A stretch of DNA of 39,742 bases from Treponema sp. (lineage in GTDB: Bacteria; Spirochaetota; Spirochaetia; Treponematales; Breznakiellaceae): the NCBI GenBank assembly GCA_031264395.1, contig JAISEB010000171.1, positions 1 through 39,742 on the forward strand. The letters are read 5' to 3'. Every line of letters starts with the position of its first letter. The first letter of the stretch is position 1. Below the pieces are notes generated by a model. That model was not told the origin of the DNA and did not search any database. It saw nothing but the letters and a program-made list of their open reading frames with translations. Positions 17,662 to 26,443 of this stretch are shown in pieces. The translations under genes and the position numbers were made by a program.

Positions 17662-20600
17662 CACATCTGCAACGCCTTTCGCCGGGGAATCTCGTCTCTT
17701 CGAGGTTCAGGATCTTTTTTCCCGCCCTTCTCTTTTTCATCGTATGCGCGTACGGACAGGCGCAGACGACGTTTTACTGGGAAGAGCCGAACCGTTTTTC
17801 CCCCGCCGAGGGCCGTTTTCCGGTTTCCGGCTTTAACGGCGATCTTTCCGTCATCGCCTGGCAGGAGACTTCGCCCAACAGCCGCGTCAATACCTCAGGC
17901 GAGTCTGAGATACATGTCTCCATAGGGGTAAAGTCCGCCGGGGAAGACTGGAAGATATACCGGAACGTGGGGGGCCCCTACTACTATTCGGGGGAAGAGC
18001 CGGCGATCCTCAACGTCACCATCGACAGGCGGAACCGGATCATCATAGCCGCCGCGGCTTCCGTAACCGAGACGGAGATCCTCATATCGTCCGACAGGGG
18101 GGAAAGCTTTTCCCAACGAAGGCTCGACAGCGGTTCGGAAAGTTCCATAGCGCCCCGCCTTGCCGTCCGCGCCGACGGGGGGTATCTGCTTTTCATTACC
18201 CGCGGATACGAGCAGTCCCTTTCACTCTACTACTCCCGTTCGGACGACGGGATCACCTGGAGCCCCTTTACTCCTTTTGTGCGGGGCTTCGCTCTCAATC
18301 TTAACTTCCTTCCCGCCCACGCCGCGCTGGGCTCTGCCGACTATGTGATCTTCCAGTCGTTTGTCGGCGGCGCCGACGTAATTCCCGCCTTTCAGCTTTA
18401 CCTGCAGATCAGTACGGACGGGGGCCTTTCCTGGAGCCAGCCCCGGCGCATAACCGACTTCCGCGATCCCCTCATGAACACCGGTTCGGAGCCGGATCGT
18501 TTCGACAACCAGCGGCCCCATCTTTCGGTATACGGTAACGGCCTGTTCCTTGTATGGGAGCGGCGTTTCGGTACGGGTTCCCCCCAGATCTACGGCGCCC
18601 TCATCAATCCCCAGGGGACGGTGAGCGGGGTGGAACGGGTGAATACCGAAGAGGCGTACTGCAATAACCCGGTGGGTTTTATTCACAACGGAACCCGCCT
18701 GGCGGTGTGGTTTGACAACCGCAGGGGGGGCAACCGGATCTTCCTTGGACAGCGGGACGCCGTCGCCTGGTCGAATTACGATCTTTCGGGCGGTTCAGGG
18801 GACGCTTCCTTTGGAAGGCCCGTCATAGACGGGGACGATCTTCTTGTCCTCTGGCAGATTGTCAGAGGGAACGCCGGGTACATCTACACGATTCTTCCCG
18901 ACACAACCGTAACGCCGCCGGCTCTTACCGCGCTCAATTTTTCCCCCTCGCGCCGTACCCGGGGAGACCGGGCGAGGATAGCTTGGGCCCCTCCCTTCGA
19001 CACCTCCGGCATAGAAGGCTATTCCTGGCTCTGGTCCAGATCCCCCAATGCGGAGCCGCCCCGGGAGGTCCTGCTTTATCCGGGGGCAAACGTTTCCCTG
19101 TCCATGGATCTTACCGCGGAAGAGGACGGTTCCTGGTATTTCAGCGTCATCGCGCTGGATTACGCGGGAAACTGGTCCCTTCCGTCCCGCGTCGAATTTA
19201 TACGGGATACCACCCCGCCTTCCTGGACATCCATCGTTCCTCCGGAACTGGATGAAAACGGATACCTCTTGTCAAATACCTTTTCCGTGCAATGGAACCC
19301 GCCCGGCGATCCGGACGTGGCCGGTTACACATGGAACCTCGAATATCTGGGAGACGCGGCCCGCGGCGAGGATTATGAAACCTTTACCGCGTCCGCCACA
19401 GGGCTTGGAATGGGAACCGTTCCCGCGGGCATCGTGCAAACCGGAAATCAGGCCGATTATGTCAACCAGGACGACGGAATGTGGCGCTTTACCGTCGCGG
19501 CCGTGGACGAGGTAGGAAACGTCGGGCCCCCGTCGGGCGTTTTCTTCAGAACCAACAAATACATTCCCCATACCTACGTCACCTATGTGGATTCGGCCCA
19601 GGACGAACAGGGGCTTGTCTCGATACGCGTCATAGGCCGGGGTTTTTCCGCCGGGGGAAACGTGTACCGGATCTTCCTCGACCGGGACGGGGAGGCCCCC
19701 TACGACAGGGAATATACGCTTTCAGGCGGGGATTTCCGCATCCTTTCCGACAGGGAAATCGCGGGACTTCGGGCCGAGGACATGGACGAAGGGGTCTACA
19801 GGCTGGGATTCTTTCATCCGGAGCGGGGACTGTACGTTACCTCTCCCTCGGTAACGGTGAACAAGATGGGAACGGTTAAATTCGGCGACTTCTCCAGCGT
19901 ATGGGAGCCTTCCTGGCTCAGGAGGGAAACGCGCCGCGTCATCGATCCGTCCCTGCTCCTCATCGCCGTCATCCTCGTATTCTGCCTCTTCGGCCTTGCC
20001 GCCTCCGTAAGGGGAATAGGAAACGCCGTCACCGAAAGCGCCGCGATACGGGTAGAAGCGGCCGCGCTTATAACAGGAGATTTTATGCCTTCGGAAAAGA
20101 AAAAACACGCAGTAAGAATCAGGCGTAGAGGGGGAGGCCTCAGGCTCAAGCTGGCTTTCTTTACCATCGCGATAGTGCTTACCGTGGTCGCGCTGGTGTC
20201 CCTGCCACTGGCCTATGTCATGACCAACACCCAGCGGCAGACCCTGCTGCGGGGACTGTGGGACCGTTCCTCGGTTCTTCTTGAAGGTTTGGCGTCAAGC
20301 GCCCGCGCCTATCTCCCGGCAAACAACATACTGGAACTCGGCTTCCTCCCCGCCCAGACCGCGGCCATACCGGAGGCGCGCTACGTGACCATTACCGGCT
20401 ACAACGCCCAGGCCTCGGCATACGGAGATCTGGTGTGGGCCACCAACGATCCTGAAATTCTCGCCAAGATAGACACCGCCGAACTCCAGCCGGGAATCTC
20501 GCGCCTTACCGACGTGCTGAGCCCCCGGCTTGAACAGATCAGCGGGGAACTCAACAACAGGGCCCGCGCCGAGGTGGGAAGCCTTTCGCAGAGCATAGGA

Positions 20601-22274
20601 GAGCTCAACCAGGAAGGGCTTATACTTGCGTCCCGTAACGATCCGGAAAGCAGGCGGCGTTTCCAGGACATACAGATAACCACAAGCCAGCTTTCCGCGC
20701 GCTTTACCGAGGGGCTTGCCGCGATAGCCCGCGACATCGGTTCCGAGCCGTCTTTCTCTACCGAGGATCTTCCCCGCGACGGGACAAGGACCTACATATT
20801 CTTCAAGCCCGTCATGTACCGGCAGGGAAACGAGGATGTGTACTTCAGGGGCCTTATCCGTCTTGAAGTAACCATAGATTCCATTCTCGAAAGGATAGCC
20901 GAAGATCAGCGGACGCTTATAAGGCTCATATTTATCATTGCCTTTATCGCCCTTACCATAGGAACCATAGGCGCGCTGGTACTTTCCACCCTTATCATAA
21001 GGCCCATACGGAAACTGGTGCGGCATGTCGAGCAGATTAGGGATACCGAAGACAAGGCGAAACTCGCGGGCGTGGACATCCGCATCAAGAGCAGGGACGA
21101 GATTGCCGTTCTTGGAAACACCATCAACGACATGACCCACGGCCTTGTCAAGGCGGCGCTGGCGGCGTCGGATCTTTCCATAGGAAAGGAAATACAGAAG
21201 AAGTTCATTCCCCTGGAAATGGACAGGGACGGAAACAAACTCAGCTCGGGCTACAAGGATACCAAAAACGTCAGTTTCTTCGGCTACTACGAAGGGGCCA
21301 AGGGGGTATCCGGGGACTACTTTGATTATCAGGATCTTGACGGCCGCTACTACGCGATCATCAAGTGCGACGTGGCCGGCAAGGGAATACCCGCGGCCCT
21401 GATCATGATACAGGTAGCGACCATGTTCCTCAACTATTTCAAGGCATGGAAGCCGACCGCCAAAGGCATGCACATTGAGGAAGTGGTCTACCAGATCAAC
21501 GACTTCATCGAGACACTGGGCTTCAAGGGTCGTTTCGCCGCCTTTACCCTGTGTCTCTTCGATTCCCAGACGGGAACGGTGCGGTTCTGCAACGCGGGCG
21601 ACAACATCATACACCTCTTCGACGCCTCGGAGGGCCGGATCAAGACCCTTACCCTGCCGGAAACGCCCGCCACAGGCGTACTTCCCAACTTCCTTGTGGA
21701 ATCCAAAGGCGGTTATACCGTGCAGACCATGACAATCGATCATGGCGACATTCTCTTCCTCTTTACCGACGGTATAGAAGAGGCAAAGCGGAAATTCAGG
21801 GACGGGGATTTCAGGGAAATCCTCTGTACCGAAGGCCCCAACGATACTCCGCACGAAAACCACGTGGCGGGGCAGGGGGATGAGGAAATGGGGCCGGACC
21901 GGGTCCAGGCCATCATCAACGCCGTCATGAACCGGGACGTGTACACCCTGCACAAATGGCACAATCCCGAAGGCAACGCCGATCTCTCCTTCGATTTTTC
22001 AAACTGCGAAGGCAAAGTCGAGGAAGTGATCATGGCGATGGTGTCGGTGGAAAAGATGTTCCGCTGCTGCAAGGACCCCGCCGCGGGCGAGGATTCCCGC
22101 GTGCTTGTGGACCGTAAAGTGGACGCGTTCCTCAAGGATCACTTTCTCCAGTACAGGACCTACTGTTCCTACACAAAAGAGAACCCTGGCAACGACGCGT
22201 ATATGTACTATACTCATGTCATTGAGGATGATCAGTACGACGATCTTACCATTTTGGGGATCAAGAGAAAGTAG
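17658..22274 (+). CDS. Multidomain membrane sensor phosphatase: signal peptide, BNR/Asp-box beta-propeller, Ig/FN3-like domains, 3 TM segments, a second extracytoplasmic region, HAMP, and a PP2C/SpoIIE phosphatase
   Basis: Asp-box repeats SSDRGESF, SRSDDGITWS and STDGGLSWS lie at about nt 18087-18440. SGIEGYSW and VAGYTW Ig-like signatures are present. TM segments lie at about 19945-20010, 20143-20220 and 20920-21000. HAMP follows (RPIRKLVRHV..DEIAVLGNTINDM). PP2C motifs are GVSGDYFDY, CDVAGKGIPAALIM, NAGD, FTDGIEEA and DDLTILG. Confidence 0.8.
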   Translation: MTHLQRLSPGNLVSSRFRIFFPALLFFIVCAYGQAQTTFYWEEPNRFSPAEGRFPVSGFNGDLSVIAWQETSPNSRVNTSGESEIHVSIGVKSAGEDWKIYRNVGGPYYYSGEEPAILNVTIDRRNRIIIAAAASVTETEILISSDRGESFSQRRLDSGSESSIAPRLAVRADGGYLLFITRGYEQSLSLYYSRSDDGITWSPFTPFVRGFALNLNFLPAHAALGSADYVIFQSFVGGADVIPAFQLYLQISTDGGLSWSQPRRITDFRDPLMNTGSEPDRFDNQRPHLSVYGNGLFLVWERRFGTGSPQIYGALINPQGTVSGVERVNTEEAYCNNPVGFIHNGTRLAVWFDNRRGGNRIFLGQRDAVAWSNYDLSGGSGDASFGRPVIDGDDLLVLWQIVRGNAGYIYTILPDTTVTPPALTALNFSPSRRTRGDRARIAWAPPFDTSGIEGYSWLWSRSPNAEPPREVLLYPGANVSLSMDLTAEEDGSWYFSVIALDYAGNWSLPSRVEFIRDTTPPSWTSIVPPELDENGYLLSNTFSVQWNPPGDPDVAGYTWNLEYLGDAARGEDYETFTASATGLGMGTVPAGIVQTGNQADYVNQDDGMWRFTVAAVDEVGNVGPPSGVFFRTNKYIPHTYVTYVDSAQDEQGLVSIRVIGRGFSAGGNVYRIFLDRDGEAPYDREYTLSGGDFRILSDREIAGLRAEDMDEGVYRLGFFHPERGLYVTSPSVTVNKMGTVKFGDFSSVWEPSWLRRETRRVIDPSLLLIAVILVFCLFGLAASVRGIGNAVTESAAIRVEAAALITGDFMPSEKKKHAVRIRRRGGGLRLKLAFFTIAIVLTVVALVSLPLAYVMTNTQRQTLLRGLWDRSSVLLEGLASSARAYLPANNILELGFLPAQTAAIPEARYVTITGYNAQASAYGDLVWATNDPEILAKIDTAELQPGISRLTDVLSPRLEQISGELNNRARAEVGSLSQSIGELNQEGLILASRNDPESRRRFQDIQITTSQLSARFTEGLAAIARDIGSEPSFSTEDLPRDGTRTYIFFKPVMYRQGNEDVYFRGLIRLEVTIDSILERIAEDQRTLIRLIFIIAFIALTIGTIGALVLSTLIIRPIRKLVRHVEQIRDTEDKAKLAGVDIRIKSRDEIAVLGNTINDMTHGLVKAALAASDLSIGKEIQKKFIPLEMDRDGNKLSSGYKDTKNVSFFGYYEGAKGVSGDYFDYQDLDGRYYAIIKCDVAGKGIPAALIMIQVATMFLNYFKAWKPTAKGMHIEEVVYQINDFIETLGFKGRFAAFTLCLFDSQTGTVRFCNAGDNIIHLFDASEGRIKTLTLPETPATGVLPNFLVESKGGYTVQTMTIDHGDILFLFTDGIEEAKRKFRDGDFREILCTEGPNDTPHENHVAGQGDEEMGPDRVQAIINAVMNRDVYTLHKWHNPEGNADLSFDFSNCEGKVEEVIMAMVSVEKMFRCCKDPAAGEDSRVLVDRKVDAFLKDHFLQYRTYCSYTKENPGNDAYMYYTHVIEDDQYDDLTILGIKRK

Positions 22275-22330
22275 GCGGGATTTTTCCGTTCCGCGCAATT
22301 AGAGCTGAAATTGTAACAAGGGGGTTAAGT

Positions 22331-22648
22331 ATGACATTTGGCGAAAGGATGAAGGAGATTATTGAACAGGGCCTTTCGGTTTCAAAGGACCTTGCCGCCA
22401 AGGCGGGGGCAAAGGCCCAGGATCTGGGAGAACGGGGCGTTCTCATGCTGGAAGTCAAACAGCTTGAAGGCCAGGCCCAGAAACTCATAGGCCGTCTTGG
22501 GGCCGAGGCGTACGAGGCGTTCGCCGAACGGGGAGTCAAGACCCTGTCCGCGGACACCCATGCCGTCAAGACGCTGCTTGCGGAAATTGCCCAGATCCGC
22601 GAATCTGTCGAAGAAAAGAACGCGGAACTCCGGTCCCGGAAAAAGTGA
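22331..22648 (+). CDS. Small (105 aa) predicted coiled-coil protein, unknown function
   Basis: An AAGGGGG SD lies upstream of the ATG. The sequence is helical, heptad-like and rich in A/E/K/L. Its stop overlaps the GTG start of the next gene (GTGA). Confidence 0.6.
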   Translation: MTFGERMKEIIEQGLSVSKDLAAKAGAKAQDLGERGVLMLEVKQLEGQAQKLIGRLGAEAYEAFAERGVKTLSADTHAVKTLLAEIAQIRESVEEKNAELRSRKK

Positions 22649-23754
22649 ATTCCGAAGGGTCCCTGCCAGAAGGCGTCGCGGAATGTTTCGCCATTTATGG
22701 CGAGCTGGAAAGTTCCTGTCTCTTCGGTTCGGGGCACATCAACACAACCTTTGTTTCCCGGTGGAATCAGGCCGGCGCCCGTGTCCGTTATCTGCATCAG
22801 CTTATAAACGATCGCGTTTTTCTTGAGCCCGGCGAAGTTATGGAAAACATAGACCGGGTTACGCGGCACATCGCGTCCGTTCTCCGCGGGGAAGGCGAGG
22901 CGGATATCAGCCGCAGGACCCTTACGGTGGTTCCCTCGCGGGACGGCCGGCTTTTTGTCCGTGACGGCGGCGGGGGCTGGTGGCGGACGTATTTGTTTGT
23001 TGAACGGGCGCACGCGCTGGATGTGGTTTCCTCCCCCTCCGAGGCTTTTTTTCTGGGGAAGGCTGTCGGGCGTTTTCAAAGACAGCTGGCGCGCCTTGAG
23101 GGAAAGCGGCTTAACGAAACCATTCCCGGTTTTCACAACATGGAAAGCCGCTACCGGGCCTTCCGCGGCGCGGTAGAAAGGGACCCCCTTAACCGGGCCG
23201 GAACGGCCGGCGCCGAAATTGACTTTATGCTGGAAAACGAGGAGCGGGGCGCCGTTCTCACTCGCGCCCTCACGGAAGGCCGCGTCCCGGAACGCGTCTG
23301 CCACAACGACGCCAAAATAAACAACATACTCATTGACGACGGGGACAACAGGGCCCTGTGCGTCGTTGATCTTGACACCGTAATGCCGGGAACCTGCCTT
23401 TTTGACGTAGGCGATCTGATCCGTACCGTCGCGGCGCGGGCAAAGGAAGACGAACGGGATCTTTCACAGGTGGAATTTGATTTCCCGTTTTTTACTTCCC
23501 TTGTTGAAGGGTACCTGTCCGAGGCTTCCTCCTTCCTTACAACCGGAGAAAAAGAACTTCTCGCCGAATCGGGGCGTAACATCACCCATATCATGGCCCT
23601 GCGTTTTTTGACGGATTACCTTAACGGGGACACGTATTACCGTACGTCGCGGCCCGGCCATAACCTTGACAGGGCCAGAAACCAGATCGCCCTTGTCCGT
23701 TCCATGGACAGGAACCGGGAGAAGATAACGCGCTTTCTGCTGGAGGCAGTGTAA
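22645..23754 (+). CDS. APH-fold sugar kinase, N-acetylhexosamine 1-kinase (NahK/LnpB) family-like
   Basis: GSGHINTTF near the N-terminus. The Brenner motif VCHNDAKINNILID is followed by VVDLDTVMPGTCLFDVGDLIR..EDERDLSQVEF and RFLTDYLNGDTYY..PGHNLDRARNQIALV. This tracks the Bifidobacterium NahK sequence closely as I remember it. Confidence 0.75.
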   Translation: MNSEGSLPEGVAECFAIYGELESSCLFGSGHINTTFVSRWNQAGARVRYLHQLINDRVFLEPGEVMENIDRVTRHIASVLRGEGEADISRRTLTVVPSRDGRLFVRDGGGGWWRTYLFVERAHALDVVSSPSEAFFLGKAVGRFQRQLARLEGKRLNETIPGFHNMESRYRAFRGAVERDPLNRAGTAGAEIDFMLENEERGAVLTRALTEGRVPERVCHNDAKINNILIDDGDNRALCVVDLDTVMPGTCLFDVGDLIRTVAARAKEDERDLSQVEFDFPFFTSLVEGYLSEASSFLTTGEKELLAESGRNITHIMALRFLTDYLNGDTYYRTSRPGHNLDRARNQIALVRSMDRNREKITRFLLEAV

Positions 23755-23831
23755 TTTCTCCGGGGCGGGTAAAAAACCGCGCGCGCTCTTGAAAAAAAGG
23801 GGTTTTTATTGTAAAAAGTAGACTGGAATTT

Positions 23832-24296
23832 ATGATAAAGGAACCCTTTTACCGGGACGGGCTTTGTTTTTCATGCCGCCGCTGTTCTTCCTGCTGCCGT
23901 TATGAAAGCGGTTTTGTTTTTCTTTCGGAAAAAGACGTACGCGTCCTGTCGGCGGCCCGCGGAATGGAGTATAGTGATTTTGTGAAGACATGGTGCCGCT
24001 GGGTTCCCTCCGAAGGCGGAAAGGATCGTCTTTCGCTAAAGGAAAAAGCCGATTATGATTGTATCTTCTGGAAGGACGGTTGTACGGTTTACGGGGCGCG
24101 GCCCCTGCAGTGCAGAACCTTTCCTTTCTGGTCTTCGGTTGTCGGTTCCCGTGAGGCGTGGAATACGGCAAAAACAGGCTGTCCGGGCATGGATTCCGGC
24201 GCGGCGCACAGCCGGGAAGAAATAGAAGCCTGTCTTGCCGCAAGGAGGGCCGAGCCGCTTGTTATGAGAATATCGCCTGGCGTAAGGGGGTTGTAG
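23832..24296 (+). CDS. YkgJ-family cysteine-cluster (CxxCxxCC) protein
   Basis: FSCRRCSSCCRYESGFVFLSEKDV plus the downstream C..C.VY..RP..CR.FPFW pattern is typical of the UPF0153/YkgJ family. Confidence 0.8.
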   Translation: MIKEPFYRDGLCFSCRRCSSCCRYESGFVFLSEKDVRVLSAARGMEYSDFVKTWCRWVPSEGGKDRLSLKEKADYDCIFWKDGCTVYGARPLQCRTFPFWSSVVGSREAWNTAKTGCPGMDSGAAHSREEIEACLAARRAEPLVMRISPGVRGL

Positions 24297-25237
24297 TGCT
24301 GGTTCATTTTTGGGGCGTCCGGGGTTCCCTGCCGTCTCCTCAGCTTCCCTCTCAGATAAAAAGCAAAATTTCCGCCATTCTGGAACGGCTTACCCCGGCG
24401 GACATAGAAAATACGGAGAACCGCGAACGCTTTCTCGCGGGGCTGCCCCCCTGGCTTTTCGGCACGGTGGGCGGAAACACCCCCTGCGTCAGTGTCGGTT
24501 TCGATAACCCCCGCGAGCTTGTCGTGTTTGACTGCGGCTCGGGGGTCCGGGAACTGGGCATCGCCATGGGCAGGCAGAAGCCGAAACCGTCCCAGTACCG
24601 GGTGTTTTTTTCCCATTTTCACTGGGATCACCTTCAGGGGCTTCCTTTTTTCAACCCGTCCTACGATCCTTCGGTAACCATGGATTTTTATTCTCCCATG
24701 AAGGACCTTGAAGCCGCCCTTTACGGCCAGATGACTTCCCCGTATTTTCCCGTTCACATGGAATCAATGGGATGCAAGAAGAATTTTCACCTCATGGAAG
24801 GCAGGCTGGAGCTTGAAAGCGCCGCCATTTCCTGCAAGAAGATGAACCATCCCGGGGGTTCCTATTCGTATATGGTCAACGACGGCAGGCGCCGCTTTAT
24901 TTACGCGACCGATACGGAGCTTTCGGCGGCCGATTTTATCAAAAACGATGAAAACACCGAATTCTTCCAGAACGCCGACCTTATCGTCATAGACTGCCAG
25001 TACACGCTGGGGGAGGCTATCGAAAAGTACAACTGGGGGCACAGCGCGTTCAGCCTGGCGGTCGATTTTGCCGCCAACTGGGGCATCAAGCACATGGTGC
25101 TGTTCCACCACGATCCCACTTACAACGACCGGAAACTTTTCAACATACTCCAGTCCGCGCGCTGGTACACCGAACGCATGAATATCAAGGGAATCGAGCT
25201 GTCGCTTGCCGTGGAAGGTTTGGAAATCAACCTGTAG
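24296..25237 (+). CDS. MBL-fold metallo-hydrolase
   Basis: HFHWDHLQGLPFF (HxHxDH) and a late HHDP are present. I chose GTG 24296, which is preceded by AAGGGGG and overlaps the previous TAG by 1 nt. The ORF-track extension to 24158 overlaps the ykgJ-like gene. Confidence 0.8.
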   Translation: MLVHFWGVRGSLPSPQLPSQIKSKISAILERLTPADIENTENRERFLAGLPPWLFGTVGGNTPCVSVGFDNPRELVVFDCGSGVRELGIAMGRQKPKPSQYRVFFSHFHWDHLQGLPFFNPSYDPSVTMDFYSPMKDLEAALYGQMTSPYFPVHMESMGCKKNFHLMEGRLELESAAISCKKMNHPGGSYSYMVNDGRRRFIYATDTELSAADFIKNDENTEFFQNADLIVIDCQYTLGEAIEKYNWGHSAFSLAVDFAANWGIKHMVLFHHDPTYNDRKLFNILQSARWYTERMNIKGIELSLAVEGLEINL

Positions 25238-25240
25238 TTT

Positions 25241-26443
25241 ATGAAAATGAACAAATCCGGCGGGCCAAAAGGATCTGATCACGGTAAACACGATAAACAT
25301 AACGACGGAATGTCACAGAACGACGGTACGCGAAAAAAAAACAAAGCCGGGCGGGCCGGAGCCGGGCCGGTCAAATCGGGTTTTTTCAGGAAATTTGTTT
25401 TTCTTTTGATCTTCCTTACCGGAACGGTGATTTTTCTCTTCGCGGTACTCCTTGGGGGGCTTGTCTATTTTAACGGCGCGCCGTCCGCCGCTCCCCGTCC
25501 CCCCTCCGGCGATTCCCTCCGCATAGAAGACGGCAATGTCCTTTACCTTGAAGTGCGAAAAGGCGAAAGCGCCTGGTCGGTGGGGAAGCGCCTTGAGGAG
25601 GCGGGAATCATACGGAGCAGGTATTTTTGGCAGCTCATTTCCCGTTTCGAAAAGGAATTTATCAAAAGCGGCGTCTACCGCCTCGACATTCCGGCGGGGC
25701 AGCTTGAAATATACCGGATTCTGGTCGAAGGCGCCCAGATGCTCACCCGGGTCACCTTTCCGGAGGGGGCCACGCTGAAAAAATACGCCCGCATCCTTGA
25801 GGACGCCGGAATATGCGGCGAGGCCGAATTTCTTGCCGCCGCCTCGGACCCCGCCGTCAGGGCCGAATACCGCGTCTCCGGCGAAACCATGGAAGGGTAT
25901 CTGTACCCCGACACTTACTTTTTCCCCCTGAATTATCCGGCCCTTATGGCGGTACGGACCATGGCGGGCACCTTTTTTGACCGTCTTGAGGAAATTGACC
26001 CGGCCGCGCCGGAACTGTCCGCCGCCGAACTTGAGCGCCGGGTAATTATCGCCTCCATCGTGGAGCGGGAATACCGTGTCGGCGAGGAGGCGGCGCTCAT
26101 GGCGGGGGTGTTCTACAACAGGCTTGAAATAGGCATGGCGCTCCAGTCCTGCGCCACCGTGGAGTACGTGATCACCGAAATACAGGGGAAGCCCCACCCG
26201 GAAGTGCTGTACACCAGGGATACGGAGATACGGAATCCCTACAATACCTACCTGACGCCGGGGCTTCCCCCCGGCCCCATTTCGGCGCCGGGCAGGGTGG
26301 CCCTGGACGCGGCCTTTCACCCGGCCGAAAGCGATTATCTCTATTTCCGCCTGGTTGATCCCCAGGCCGGCCGGCATTATTTTGCCCGCACGCTGGACGG
26401 CCATATCCGCGCGGGGGTGCTTTATGTCAAGGGAAGGGGCTAG
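25241..26443 (+). CDS. mltG: Endolytic murein transglycosylase MltG (YceG family) with a long basic N-terminal tail
   Basis: A single TM segment is followed by the YceG domain. ASIVEREY..YNRL..GMALQSCATVEY and NTYLTPGLPPGPISAPG are present. Confidence 0.9.
   Translation: MKMNKSGGPKGSDHGKHDKHNDGMSQNDGTRKKNKAGRAGAGPVKSGFFRKFVFLLIFLTGTVIFLFAVLLGGLVYFNGAPSAAPRPPSGDSLRIEDGNVLYLEVRKGESAWSVGKRLEEAGIIRSRYFWQLISRFEKEFIKSGVYRLDIPAGQLEIYRILVEGAQMLTRVTFPEGATLKKYARILEDAGICGEAEFLAAASDPAVRAEYRVSGETMEGYLYPDTYFFPLNYPALMAVRTMAGTFFDRLEEIDPAAPELSAAELERRVIIASIVEREYRVGEEAALMAGVFYNRLEIGMALQSCATVEYVITEIQGKPHPEVLYTRDTEIRNPYNTYLTPGLPPGPISAPGRVALDAAFHPAESDYLYFRLVDPQAGRHYFARTLDGHIRAGVLYVKGRG

Noticed and set aside
20295-21962. 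555-aa ORF on the minus strand, entirely inside the phosphatase gene
   Set aside because: It is antisense to a gene with strong domain motifs (HAMP, PP2C). Its composition is Gly/Arg/Pro/Val-rich, it has no recognisable motifs and no SD. It is a typical shadow ORF of GC-rich coding DNA.
25333-25341. A9 homopolymer in the N-terminal tail of mltG (other A8 runs occur in dnaG and the radical SAM gene), considered as a phase-variation tract
   Set aside because: The runs encode Lys-rich stretches, are short for slipped-strand switching, and occur in housekeeping genes. Nothing suggests ON/OFF variants.
25313-26404. 363-aa minus-strand ORF antisense to mltG. Similar cases are 22261-23304, 4783-5709, 37887-38684, 27184-27960 and 24089-24757.
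   Set aside because: All lie opposite genes with clear family motifs, all have the same Gly/Arg/Pro-rich shadow composition, and none has a credible start context.
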